Shown here one piece after another: positions 52,023 through 62,659 of a stretch of 64,000 nucleotides of DNA. The DNA is from Trypethelium eluteriae (lineage: Eukaryota). A program made the position numbers and the translations under genes. Each line of letters starts with the position of its first letter. Within the stretch, counting starts at the first letter, position 1. The notes under the pieces are model-generated. The model saw only the letters and a program-made list of their open reading frames with translations. It was not told the origin of the DNA and ran no database searches. Location of the stretch: the NCBI GenBank assembly GCA_051942245.1, contig JAVECL010000064.1, positions 1-64,000 on the forward strand. Reading direction: 5' to 3'.

Positions 52023-52487
52023 ATGCTCTCCCAAATCCTCATCGCTGCCACGGCCCTCACTGGCGCCCTCGCCGCTCCCTCGCTCGCTCTCCGCCAGACT
52101 TCCACTCCTAAACCTCCCTACACCAATACGCTATGGTCGATCTCCAACTTCGCCATCAGCGGCAACGAGGGCAACTTCTTCAACCTCACCGTCACCGACG
52201 GCAACGCTACGGTGCCCGCGACCTTCACTGTGCAATGCACGCAGCAGACCCTCGGCGGCGTCTCCTTCCAGAACGTGACTTGCGCCGAGAAAGATAGCGT
52301 GGGTGATGGCGATGTGTGGTTCAGCTATGATTATTATGCGGGCGGGGTCTTGAGCATCTTGCACGCGTACAAGAGTGGGTTTGGACAATTGGATCCGTAT
52401 GACTTCTTCAGTGCGAGTATTGTCGATAATGGCGAGCAGAGGGACTTTACGCTACAGGCGGAATTCAAGGGCGTTGCTAGTGCATAG
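52023..52487 (+). CDS. Small secreted protein, possibly Alt a 1 (AA1)-like beta fold, 154 aa
   Basis: Signal peptide MLSQILIAATALTGALA; pattern WSISNF...FNLTV...QC...TC...VWFSYD...LSILH; GC3-rich codons. The fold call is tentative. Confidence 0.75.
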   Translation: MLSQILIAATALTGALAAPSLALRQTSTPKPPYTNTLWSISNFAISGNEGNFFNLTVTDGNATVPATFTVQCTQQTLGGVSFQNVTCAEKDSVGDGDVWFSYDYYAGGVLSILHAYKSGFGQLDPYDFFSASIVDNGEQRDFTLQAEFKGVASA

Positions 52488-53122
52488 AGAATAACCAGAA
52501 AAGGATAGGGGCCCTGTGCTGTGGGAAGGGGATGGTTGAGGCTCGTTGAGATGTACATACTCCGTACAGCATTGTGAGATAGCGATATACCTTACTATCT
52601 GCCATTCATTTCAAAGATATAATTGAGTCGGAAAGCTACCGTAATAAGACCTTAGTGCTGGAGACTACCCATTCCATAAATATAAATGTTTATATATATC
52701 GACCATTCCGATCTCGAAATCGTCGAGTGGAAGTACATAATATCCTGCTGCTCCCGCGATAGTAATGGCCACCAAATGTGAGGGCGCGTCAAGACATGGA
52801 TCGCTTGAAATCCTCTGTAAGCCCATTGCTCGTATCCTTCGGCCTCTGCCTAAGGTATATAAAAAAGAAATTCGTGCTTTGTCAGGAGAAGCAGTGAGGA
52901 ATATGATGTCATATAGTAGTGTCAGAAAGCCACCATTTGCTTCCAGCCTTACAGAAACCGGTCGCGCCAAACAACAGAGGTAAATGGAAGACCGAATTAT
53001 TCCAACGCATCGAAAAAGGAGATGATTACCAAAGCTGGCGATGTTCCTCAAGATCATTAAGCCTTTTCACGGCGTGGTATAGAGTCCATGGGCTCGGTCA
53101 TTCCGTCGGTATAGGTAAATAT

Positions 53123-54028
53123 CTATGCGTCTTGAGTAAAATAACCCTGCTTTTTCGCCCGTTGTCCCACCCATAACCTCCATGTTCCGTATTCATGACG
53201 AATGCCTGGAGGGGGATTCCTCAAGACTCCTTCAAATGTATCAATCTCTATGGCAACCCGGCTTGACTGATGATATCCGACGACATCCACTCGTCCTCCT
53301 CCCACACTCGGGAACAGATTAGATAGGTTATTCTGTAGTAACTCAATACGAGGATTATACGGAATACGCGAGCCACGAACAGCAGCAAGGGGTTGCGGTG
53401 TAACGATGGAAATAGTTATAGGATGGGGTACAGTTGGGGTCTCCTCATAAAATAATGATCCCCTGTTTCTTAGGTGTTCTATCCCAGGGCCTGTGCCTTG
53501 GCAAAGTCGGTCTCCAAATCGTATCATCGAGTAGGAACGTGCCCAAAAACCTAATTCATCTCGCTCTTGCAAATTGCCACTCTCATCGCGATACCTGAAT
53601 GTAGGAATGTCATAGATAAGCGAGATAAAGATACCTGTCCTGGTCATAATCAGGACAGCCGTGTTCCCAGCTAAGTCCCGAATACCAAGGTAACTTTCGC
53701 CTAGGAAATCTGGAAAACGCCATGCTTGGTTTTTAGTTTGACCATTAGGACTGCTGAGATCGACCCACTGATCTCGCAAGGCTATCCTCCTCCATAATGT
53801 TCTAGCGTATGATTGTTGATTAGGAATGTCAGATAAAAGGGTCAGACTTCGCTTCTGCAGACTGCTTCTCGTATCTGCATGGACAGCCAGAGTCTCATTG
53901 GCTTTGATAGTTCCAATTGCGCTACTACATGCAGCGTCATCGTTAGTCGCTAGAAGCGCAATTGCAACATTGGTCAGACTTAAGAGTGTAGTCAAGGAAT
54001 TGATTTGTATGTAAGATAGAATACGCAT
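53123..54028 (-). CDS. Secreted protein with a degenerate CNF1/CheD/YfiH-like motif, 301 aa
   Basis: Hydrophobic N-terminus; pro-region ending LQKR; GIRDLAGNTAVLIMTRTGIFISLIYDIPTF resembles the fungal GLxGCTxxxxxSxxGxxxxHxxExP motif; ends WRLWV. Confidence 0.7.
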   Translation of the reverse strand: MRILSYIQINSLTTLLSLTNVAIALLATNDDAACSSAIGTIKANETLAVHADTRSSLQKRSLTLLSDIPNQQSYARTLWRRIALRDQWVDLSSPNGQTKNQAWRFPDFLGESYLGIRDLAGNTAVLIMTRTGIFISLIYDIPTFRYRDESGNLQERDELGFWARSYSMIRFGDRLCQGTGPGIEHLRNRGSLFYEETPTVPHPITISIVTPQPLAAVRGSRIPYNPRIELLQNNLSNLFPSVGGGRVDVVGYHQSSRVAIEIDTFEGVLRNPPPGIRHEYGTWRLWVGQRAKKQGYFTQDA

Positions 54029-54687
54029 TGCGCAAGATAGCAAGGTTCAGTACGTACTTGTAACCGATATCAGGGGAGATGAAGGGGGGGTTAGCGGGAG
54101 AGGAAAAGTGACTATATATGACTCACAACGCTCACCATCTACCTAGGTACGTATAATTTCATAGATAATAGAAAGCAGATCTGCAACGTCAACACAGAAA
54201 TGACGTCATTCACTTTCGAAAGCAAATACTTGCTTCCGTCTCTACAAGGATCGGTCGTGCCGAAAAGGAGAGGTGACCGTAAGTGCGGCAACGCAACGTG
54301 GAAAGAGGTGGTTCTGGACTTGGAGATATTCCTCATAAGGCTCATAATCAATAACCATGGAACTCCTTCCAAATTCCAATCACTGGTATCAGTCTGAAAG
54401 CGATCCTTTATGACCGTATTACTGTCAACTTATCGATAAGAAACCCAGCTCTCTAAAGCCGACATAAAAATAAGATGGAGGGCGATGACTTCAATTTGAC
54501 CCAGGTTCATGCAAATTTGAAGCTCGGCCAGGGATAGACACTGTTGCGCAGCCAACACGATTTGAATACGTTACATCAAGCCAACCAAGCGCGCCGCTTG
54601 CCATTTAGAATCAAAAGAATCGCGCACTATGTACGATAGCTCTGTGAGCGTCATCCTAAGTGCATCACTTCCACTGCTCCAGTGTTC

Positions 54688-54790
54688 TAAAGAATAGTAT
54701 AATAGTAATTGCTATTTACTATTACTATCATAGAATTTGCATTACTACATTACTATTACTTAGTAAAATAGTAATTATTTAGTAAATGTA
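54688..54790. repeat. Short AT/TpA-rich RIP-like relic with TACTATTACT / AATAGTAAT inverted motifs
   Basis: Abrupt composition shift; flanked by similar catcact-n-cactgct motifs at about 54663 and 54791. Confidence 0.45.
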
Positions 54791-55370
54791 CATCACTGCA
54801 CTGCTTCCGCACGCAGCCTATATCTAACATAAACTAATTTTTGTAATGTGTTCCGGTGAATCGGTTACTAGAATTACGCCTTTAGGAAAGCATTTCCTAT
54901 TCCGGCTCAACTTTACATCCATTGAGTAAGAATCTATTCTTCTTAATTCTGCTATGTTATCTTTATCTGCGATCGGCAAGTGCAAGCGGGACAAATCTAG
55001 GCAGCTCCTGATAGCGCGAGATCGGTTCAGCAACGGCAAGGCCATTGCGCTTTTAAGCAGCTACAAGTACGCGCGCATCGCGACAAATAGAGCCACAGGT
55101 GCTCAATTTTAGGCTGGGCTGACTCTATTGATGTGAAAAAAGTATGGCGTCAACGACGGTGTGAGGGACAAGGGGAACGAATCGTTTTGTACTAGGCGCT
55201 TATTTACATGAGGGATCTTCGCCCTATAGCACTCATTCTCCTACGGTAATACTCATTCCCCTAGGGTACTAATCGAGGTGCTGAATGTTCTGGTACGCTA
55301 TCAGGAGGATTAAGCCCAGTAATCTAACCCGAATCTAGCTAAATTACTCTTAAATTAACGCCGTTTGGCC

Positions 55371-55982
55371 GGGTCTTTGTAAGGACAACACCGCCGATCT
55401 GTAGGGACGATACCAACTAACCTCTTTCGTCCGTAATGAACGCGCCCCTGTATTTCGCGTTTTATCTAGTATACACTGTAGGCTGTTTAAACAAATACAT
55501 ACCTAGCTACGCGTTTGGTGCGAGACTTACATAGAGATGAAAGCTCTGCGCAAAGGTGTGAGACTTACACAGAGATTTATGCAGAGGTGTGAGATCTACG
55601 TAGGTAAAAAGGTGAGACCTTGCCTTCTACATAGGCCTCATACCTCTGCGCAGGTTTTGTACCTCTGCGTAGGTCTTACACTTCTGCCAAAGGTACCTAC
55701 ATGTAGACCTCTCTCATCTTTATGTAGGTCTCTGCCTAGGTCTCACGCCTCTACTTAGGTCTCACGCCTCTGCCCAGGTCTCATACCTCTGTGCAGAGCT
55801 TTTATTATTATGTAGGTCTTACACCAAACGTGTAGCTACATGTTTATTTAGAAAAAAAAAAACTTTGAAGGCCTACGGTGTGTATAAGACAAAACACGAA
55901 ATTAAGGAAGATTTCCTTACGGACGAAAGGGGTTAGTTGGTGTTGTCCCTACAGATCGGCGGTGTTGTCCTTACAAAGACCC
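55371..55982. mobile_element. Non-autonomous Mutator-like element, ~112-bp TIRs, 9-bp TSD
   Basis: TIRs begin GGGTCTTTGTAAGGACAACACCGCCGATCTGTAGGGAC (55371-55482 / 55871-55982). Perfect TSD CGTTTGGCC at 55362-55370 and 55983-55991. Confidence 0.92.
55504..55838. mobile_element. TA-flanked MITE nested in the MULE, ~70-bp TIRs and internal GCAGAGGTGTGAGACCT-like subrepeats
   Basis: TAGCTACGCGTTTGGTG... at 55504 versus ...CACCAAACGTGTAGCTA ending at 55838; arm mismatches are mostly transitions. Confidence 0.75.
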
Positions 55983-56518
55983 CGTTTGGCCGTCTCCGGA
56001 TCTATTCACCAATGTGCTGTGCCCACTTCGGCTCAAGTCGCCGCTGCTTTAGCTCGCTCGGACCATCAAAACTAAGACGGCAGCTATTGCGTTTTAATTT
56101 AAGTAATGTTAAACTAGCTTTTTGTAGTTCTTATTGAGCATTGCTATTGAATTAAGAACAAATATTCGCTTCCAACTGAACATGTCGTTTGGTGAGAGTT
56201 TGCATCTGCGGGCATATTTGGCGAAACTTAGAATCGGGGCTTCAGACCTGTCGACTTTGCCTTAAAAAAAAGATGTGAGGATAAACATCGCAATGGTGAT
56301 AGCTCAAAGCTCGGCTTTCTGTGTTTACGCCTCTGGTCATCCTTGCAAACGATCATTCCAAACCTATATGCAAAGGCTTTACGCACCAAGGGTACCCCGG
56401 GCTTCGATGGTAGTTGAGCCAATATTGAATACGGAGTTTCAACGTTGTCAAAACTAACAAACTACATCGCGTCGCTACGCGCTCTAGGTGCACCTTTCGC
56501 GAACTTGCGCGGATCTAT

Positions 56519-59420
56519 CTAGCCGCCTAACAGAGGTACAGCCATCAAGTCTCGTACATGTCTGGTAAGCTTCCGAAGTGTGCTTTCTTCATGCTTCTTC
56601 GCGCCACTGTCCATTTTTGATCTCATAATACGAGGGTATACATGGCTCCAATAACCTTCGTCATAGTCCTCCAGAGCTTTACAGCATGTGTGGCGGTCCT
56701 TGTCCCTAAGGTTCGGGTTTCTTGCATCATCCTCCTTTTTTTCTATCGCTATCTCAAGCATATATCCCTCTTCATGCTCCTCCTCAGTCTCCCATCCCGA
56801 CTCCTCAACATCTGTATCTTCGGTCTCCCAATCATCGTCTATTTCTAGTACTTCCGTGGTAACGCTTCCAGTAGCAACACTGTCATCTGTAGAGACAAAG
56901 TTGTTCAGTCGAGATCCAGGGAGAGGAGAATTCTCCTTGGCACATAGTCCTAGTGCCTTTGTCCATGCGTAGAGCGTTCTTGCATTGTGCTTTCGAGCAT
57001 GTTGACATAATTCATTTACAACATCTGAGTCCGCCATATAGGTAACCCCGTGTGTGATTAGTAGTTGGAATACTTTAGTAAGCCAACATTCTATAAGGAC
57101 CAGTTTCTTGAAACGATGGCGTATCCACGGCTCTCGTTCATGAGAATAGTACGAATGTTCCGTTAATAACGCGATGACCTCTCCTCCTTGGTGAATGGCG
57201 ACATTCAGAGCGTCGATGACGGAATGATCAGCTGCCGGCTCCAGATGAAGTAAATTCAGATTCAAGAATGCTCCAAGGAGATCCAATTTTGAGTCTAGCA
57301 GCTTTCTGATAATTTCAGCATCGCTGGTCACCCAAAAGGCCACATAGCTTCGAACATCCGATTCCCTATCGAGAGGTTCTAACGATCTCACACTACTCAG
57401 CTCATTTAGTTGCCATGAAGACCAGACTAGTTGCCATTCATTCTGGGTCATGAAGACGTCCAACTGAAGTTTTGTCATTGGTTCAGGCGGAAATCCCCTA
57501 ACCATTCCCGGAAAGTCGACAACTTCATGACCCCCTTCCGGGCTGATACGTACATAGGCATCAGTTGTGGAGAAAGGGTCCGTTTTGGCGGATCTTAGTA
57601 GCTTTCGAACAAGAAAATTGCCGTGCTCTTCCAGGGAAGCATTCACTGGTACTTCCAAACATGTCTCGGACCAGTACTGGGCAGAGAGGTAAACGGAATT
57701 ACTGATGAGTAAATTAGCGGGCATTGAGATTGTATGAAGGTACGCATCTAAGTTGCACCTTACCTGTCATGCAGGTTCATGCAACCTGAATCAACACCGT
57801 AGTCAATCATCATCGCAATGATTGCTTCTACTTCATCAAGTCGCATCTGAATAGTTTCGTGCTTTCCTTTGTAAATTTGGAACTACTAACATTGTAAGAA
57901 TAAGCTGTTAGGACTAGGAAGTCCGCGTACCTGTAATCCAACAGCGATAAAGCCAAGGAGATTCCGCCCAGTGGAATCAACATCATAAGGAGATGCGCTC
58001 CTCTCCTCAAACAGTCTGCGGATAGTGCCAAAATCATGAGTTAAACAAGCTGTAATAATCTCACTTTTTTCGTCAATAACATTGACTGGGCTCAGGGTCC
58101 AGCGTGGAATGCCTTGGCTACAAGTAAAACTTGAGAGCACTGATTTGTGACGTTCGAGGACGACACCCCCAAATCTCAGCCATTGGGCAGGTAGGACCAT
58201 GACGGTGTTCTGAGTGACTTGTTTTGACTCTGAATAGCCTTCTGTGAGGTTACGAACATATGCTGTAGTTGTGGTCCGAATAGATATAGTGCCAAGAATA
58301 TCATTTCGAATCAGAATCCGCTGACTCTCGGTCGAAGACTTTTTGATCCAGTTGTTGACAAGCTTCTCAGGTCGAGACTGGAAATGTAGTTTATCTTCGT
58401 CTCCTAAGTAAGAGTATTGGAGCTCTGGGATTCTTGCTGTAACCCCAGTGGCTTAATTTTGTACAATCTTGCTATCACCGGGATATGGTCGTATTTTGTC
58501 TGCGCTCGGCTGTCCGAAATGTTCTGAGAGGTGGTGTTTCAGACTCTTAGAAATCGTGCGGTGTATTTCTTCCTTGAAAGATGCGAATTCGCTCCACTGA
58601 AGTGCTGTCGTTTCGTTTACCAAACTTTGCTGGGTTGCCTCTAACCTTGCGTTTATTTCCCGAAGCTGCTCTGTGTTCCGGTTTATCTGTTCGATTTTCG
58701 AGTGTGCCTCATTAGTCTTTGAATAAGTCTCATTTGTGATAGTAACAGCTCGTCCAGCAGTTGAATGCAAGATCGATGAGTTATCTCGTATCTCTGCAAC
58801 TGTATGCTGTATTGCTTCAATGGATGTCGTGTTGCGTTTATGCTCAGTGAACAAGTCTCCCGTTTGTTGAACAATAAGTTTCAAATCATTTGTATGAACT
58901 TTTTGTTCAGATCTGTCTAATGTCGGACTCTCTGATAACCGCACGAACACCTGTGAATGAAGACGAGGCAGACCTGCTATATTTCAAAGAACTCTGAACA
59001 TACCGTATAAGATTGCTACAAACCTGAAGAAGCATTGACTGGGAGCGTTTCAACTCTTCATGATATTTATTTAAGTTAGAACGCTTCAACACCACTTTAA
59101 ATTGACCCCACACCCTTCGTTTCCGTGTCGCATACTGTTTGGGGTCGACCTTTTTCACAAAGTCTAAGAGCTTTTTGCACGAGTCTTTGGCAATGCCGAA
59201 GAGGCTCCTCAAGGTCTGAATTATGATCAAGGCATGATCTCTGAATCTCCACAAGAATTGATTCGAGAATACGAAGCTCATTGTCTAAAGCCTGCACTGA
59301 TTTCGGCGCGCCTCTTATATCTTTGATAAAGTCGTAAAGAAAGGATGCGCTTTGTGCCAGTTGGCCCGCAAAACCTGCGACAGAAAGGGCGCCACTTACA
59401 ACACCGAGTATCTCAGCCAT
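56519..59420 (-). pseudogene. HeLo-like N-terminal domain / ankyrin-like protein gene with a frameshift and a premature stop
   Basis: MAEILGVVSGALSVAGFAGQLAQSASFLYDFIKDIRGAP (HeLo-like); IITACLTHDFGTIRRLFEERSASPYDVDSTGRNLL (ankyrin-like); three GT-AG introns; extra A in the A5 run at 59172-59176; in-frame TAA at 58453-58455. Confidence 0.78.
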
Positions 59421-59654
59421 AATCTGCAAACAATAAACGTAGAAGCGAGACAGCGGAAGGAAAAAATTCAGCAGATGTGGGACACTGAAGACGAGCAACA
59501 CAGCCCCTTATATGCGCCATCCTCAAGGCTGAGACAGAAGTCTGCCTTGTGAGCACGCATTGACAAGGGCGCACTGGCATTGGAAATGGCTGGGCAGTAG
59601 GCACACACCGCACCCCACCCCGGGCCCCAGGGCCTCCAGTGATGCGTCCGATTT

Positions 59655-59688
59655 GGTTCGATACGATCCGGCCGAATCAGATCGAACC
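59655..59688. repeat. Short imperfect palindrome upstream of the HeLo-like gene
   Basis: GGTTCGAT-ac-GATcCGG|CCGaATC-ag-ATCGAACC. Confidence 0.55.
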
Positions 59689-60121
59689 GTCCAATGGATT
59701 CCGATTCGCTCGCTTAAACCTCATAGATCCACAGTTCCACACCACCCCCACCTCTAGAATTATCAATAAGATATCATCTTAATTTTATAAAAAGGTGAGG
59801 CTCATGTAGAGATGAGAGGTCTATGTAGAGATACTCGATTCCTCTTCGCAGCTCTTTGATCTCTCTCTCCGCCCTCGATGTCTCGCAGCTCTCGCTTGAC
59901 ATCTATTGCCATTTAATGACCTTCATTCGGCAGCAAGCAGCACTCGGCTCATCGACGGGTTTATGATGCAGACCTCGCGAATTACGATGAGGCGACTGTG
60001 GAATTGGAAGGAGAATGCGAAGCAGATGTAGCAGCGTTGACAGGATTGCGGTACCGGTCTCATTTATGTATTAGCTCTAGCTACCCGAATAATATATGGT
60101 CTGATTTTTGACATTCCCTCT

Positions 60122-61183
60122 TCAGCTCCTTTCGAACCGACATTTCACCGTCCCACAACCAACTGTGGCTATATCTTGTGCAAATCCCGTTCTTGAGACT
60201 GCCCGCTGCCATTCGAGGCTGTACGGGCTCCTGCACTCACCCAAATCAATCCAGCGTGTAATTATAATGGACCATACCGGTATCTCTTCGGGATTTGTAG
60301 ACGTTTCATACTCAAGTCGCACCTGGTATTCCATTCCACATTGATGACATTGTTGTAGGGGATAGCATACTGGATATAAATAGCCAACGTCTGTATTGAG
60401 CCGGCTTACCGCATGATTACAGAGTGTGTAGAGTTCTTCGGCATAGTGATGGCAGACTGGGATTATCATCGTCCATCTGGGAGGTCGAAACTGCTTCTTA
60501 GAAAAGAGCCGCCATGCAGCTTCTGCACGTATAAGGAGACGACCGTCGACGAATGCGCCGTCCACAGCATGCTGCCAATGCCAGTCATTTAAAGGAAACG
60601 TGTCCCGTGGGAGGAGTTCATCCAACGGCTTGCCAAATCTTTTGCCATATCTGTGCGCTCGCATTGCAAGCTGAACGTCTTTAAATGTAAGATTGACTCC
60701 ATGGTAAAGTGATAGAGTAGCATGTGATTCAAAGCGACAGCTCTCCCATCCTTGATGGAAAGCTGCACATACAAAGCAGAACCTATGGTCAGGAAGTTTG
60801 GTATCATATTGAGATAATAAAAGCAAGCATTTTTGTTCTTGATTCTCAGGCAAATTGAGCACCGTCAGATATTCGATCCCAATATTGTTGAGGAAGAAAC
60901 GGCAGGTGAGAGCAAGGGACGCCTTTTCCCATAGTTCTAGATAGTCGAGACTCATTAACTGTAATTCCCAAGGCAAAGAACTGAAGAGCCGGATAAATGT
61001 GGACTGTCGCTTGTTCGTAAGCTTACGGCAGATCCAGGATATATGTTGATGGAGTCGTTTCAACCGATGGCCAGGGCCTGAGAGCGAGGCTCTCGGAGTG
61101 CATAGAAGACGCTTTTTGGGGAGTTCCATTTGACGTCCCGTACCAATACTAGTGATGCGATCCGGTGATTGACTGTTGCCCAT
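60122..61183 (-). CDS. F-box domain protein with a predicted N-myristoylation motif
   Basis: Start MGNSQS (MGxxxS); F-box-like LFSSLPWELQLMSLDYLELWEKASLALTCR; FCFVCAAFH, CHQCGMEYQV and ITRWIDLGECRSP...W, typical of fungal lineage-expanded F-box proteins. Confidence 0.8.
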   Translation of the reverse strand: MGNSQSPDRITSIGTGRQMELPKKRLLCTPRASLSGPGHRLKRLHQHISWICRKLTNKRQSTFIRLFSSLPWELQLMSLDYLELWEKASLALTCRFFLNNIGIEYLTVLNLPENQEQKCLLLLSQYDTKLPDHRFCFVCAAFHQGWESCRFESHATLSLYHGVNLTFKDVQLAMRAHRYGKRFGKPLDELLPRDTFPLNDWHWQHAVDGAFVDGRLLIRAEAAWRLFSKKQFRPPRWTMIIPVCHHYAEELYTLCNHAVSRLNTDVGYLYPVCYPLQQCHQCGMEYQVRLEYETSTNPEEIPVWSIIITRWIDLGECRSPYSLEWQRAVSRTGFAQDIATVGCGTVKCRFERS

Positions 61184-62188
61184 CGATATAGGATAGTATG
61201 AGCAGAGCATCGGCGGCTACAAAAGTGTCAAGACTCAAGAGTGTCAAGAGTCAGAATTTAAATAATATAGTAATGACATTAAACACTTGACAACTTCGGA
61301 TACTAGCTCATATTGAGGTGAATCAAGAGTGGTAGCGAGATTGCGAACCTCTCAAACATTGAGGATGATAATGAGATCGTTAGTGGGTAAAGGCATTGGA
61401 CGGAATGCCTATAAAGTATGTTGTGACTCATTACAAATGTGAAAAACTTAACAGAGGATAAACACGCAAGAATGATATTGACTCCCCAGGCAGAACATGA
61501 AGATGGTGAGGTTGGCGTTGATAGCGGCTTTAAGATCGTGGACGACGAGAGAGATTAGCAGGGTGATGATGATCTAAATTGATGATTCCCTACGTGAGAA
61601 GATTGTGGACGACCAGAATTACCGGCTTTATCCATGAGTCAGAAAAAACACCGTCGATAGCGCAAGAGGCTTGCATTATAAGTGGCAGGGGGCCTTACAG
61701 AGCACAAGGTGTGTAAATGCACATATGTCCAATTCATGATGTTCGTTGTCTGAAAAGGAAGCTATCTGAACTTGAAGGTAAAGATAGGTGGAGAGTGTCA
61801 CGTACATCCCGACTTATGACTCCAAGGCAGTTCCTCCATTTGTAATAAACAGATGTGCTAGAGTTGTTGAAGGCCTAAAGCGCAGGGGGGCGAAGATTAA
61901 GCACCATGGGGAGCCGCAGTAGCGTGGATGAGTGAAGCACAGGTCGCGAAAGGTGAGATTATCGCAGGAGGAATAGAGGTCTGAGGCAGTCTCGCGTGTG
62001 CTTCGCGACATTCTATTGTATAGAAGAGAGCTGGTCTTGGTCGCATTCTCTGCGGTGATGAAGACCTACCCAGCTTTTGGTGTCCTTCTGTCGCACTTAG
62101 GTAAAATTTGAAACAAGTGCCCCAGAGGTTTTCCACACTTCTCCACAACCGCTACGAACCCCCTTTTCGTCTGCCACACCTCATCTTC

Positions 62189-62659
62189 CTATCCCACAGC
62201 CCTCACAGCTACTATCCTCTCCCCTCCCAAATCCAAGCCCGCGATATAGAACTCCACCTTCCCGACCCCAGCCTTCACCTTATACACCTTGACCTGCCCA
62301 CTGTCCACTTCTCCGCGCACCATCTCTACCACCTCCGCGAACTTATTTCCCTCTATATCTAACCCGACCTCCTCCGCCCGCGCCGGTCCCGGCGGTCGTA
62401 CTTTGGCATGCAGGAGGTCTTCAAATGCGTTTGCGCTGGGGAGAGATGATATGTTCTGCGAGGAAGAAGTGCGGCTGCCGAGGTCGAGGGGCAAAATGAA
62501 CGGGTCGTAACCGGAGGGAAGGGAGGAGAGAGAGGTGGGGATTTGCGAGGTGGAAGACGTGCGGAGGTTGGGAGTTTGAGGGGAAGTGGGTTGTGGGTTA
62601 AGAGGCTCCCTGCCGGTTGAAGCCTCGGCGGCGTCGAGGGTTGGATTCCCGCTTGCCAT
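62189..62659 (-). CDS. Nuclease A inhibitor (NuiA)-like protein, divergent
   Basis: YDPFILPL, LPSANAFEDLL, FAEVVEMVR and VKVYKVKAGVGKVEFYIAGLD...RIVAVRA match the fungal NuiA-like pattern VKVYRV-x2-G-x-TRAEYYVVG. Confidence 0.65.
   Translation of the reverse strand: MASGNPTLDAAEASTGREPLNPQPTSPQTPNLRTSSTSQIPTSLSSLPSGYDPFILPLDLGSRTSSSQNISSLPSANAFEDLLHAKVRPPGPARAEEVGLDIEGNKFAEVVEMVRGEVDSGQVKVYKVKAGVGKVEFYIAGLDLGGERIVAVRAVG

Noticed and set aside
52665..53176. ORFs 52665-53057, 52765-52983 and 52919-53176
   Set aside because: Mutually overlapping with no motifs; likely spurious.
55540..55800. CRISPR-like short repeats
   Set aside because: Eukaryotic context, no unique spacers or cas genes; these are MITE subrepeats.
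59655..59688. tRNA suggested by GGTTCGA (also at 18207 and 25762)
   Set aside because: No cloverleaf or A-box; this one is a simple palindrome.
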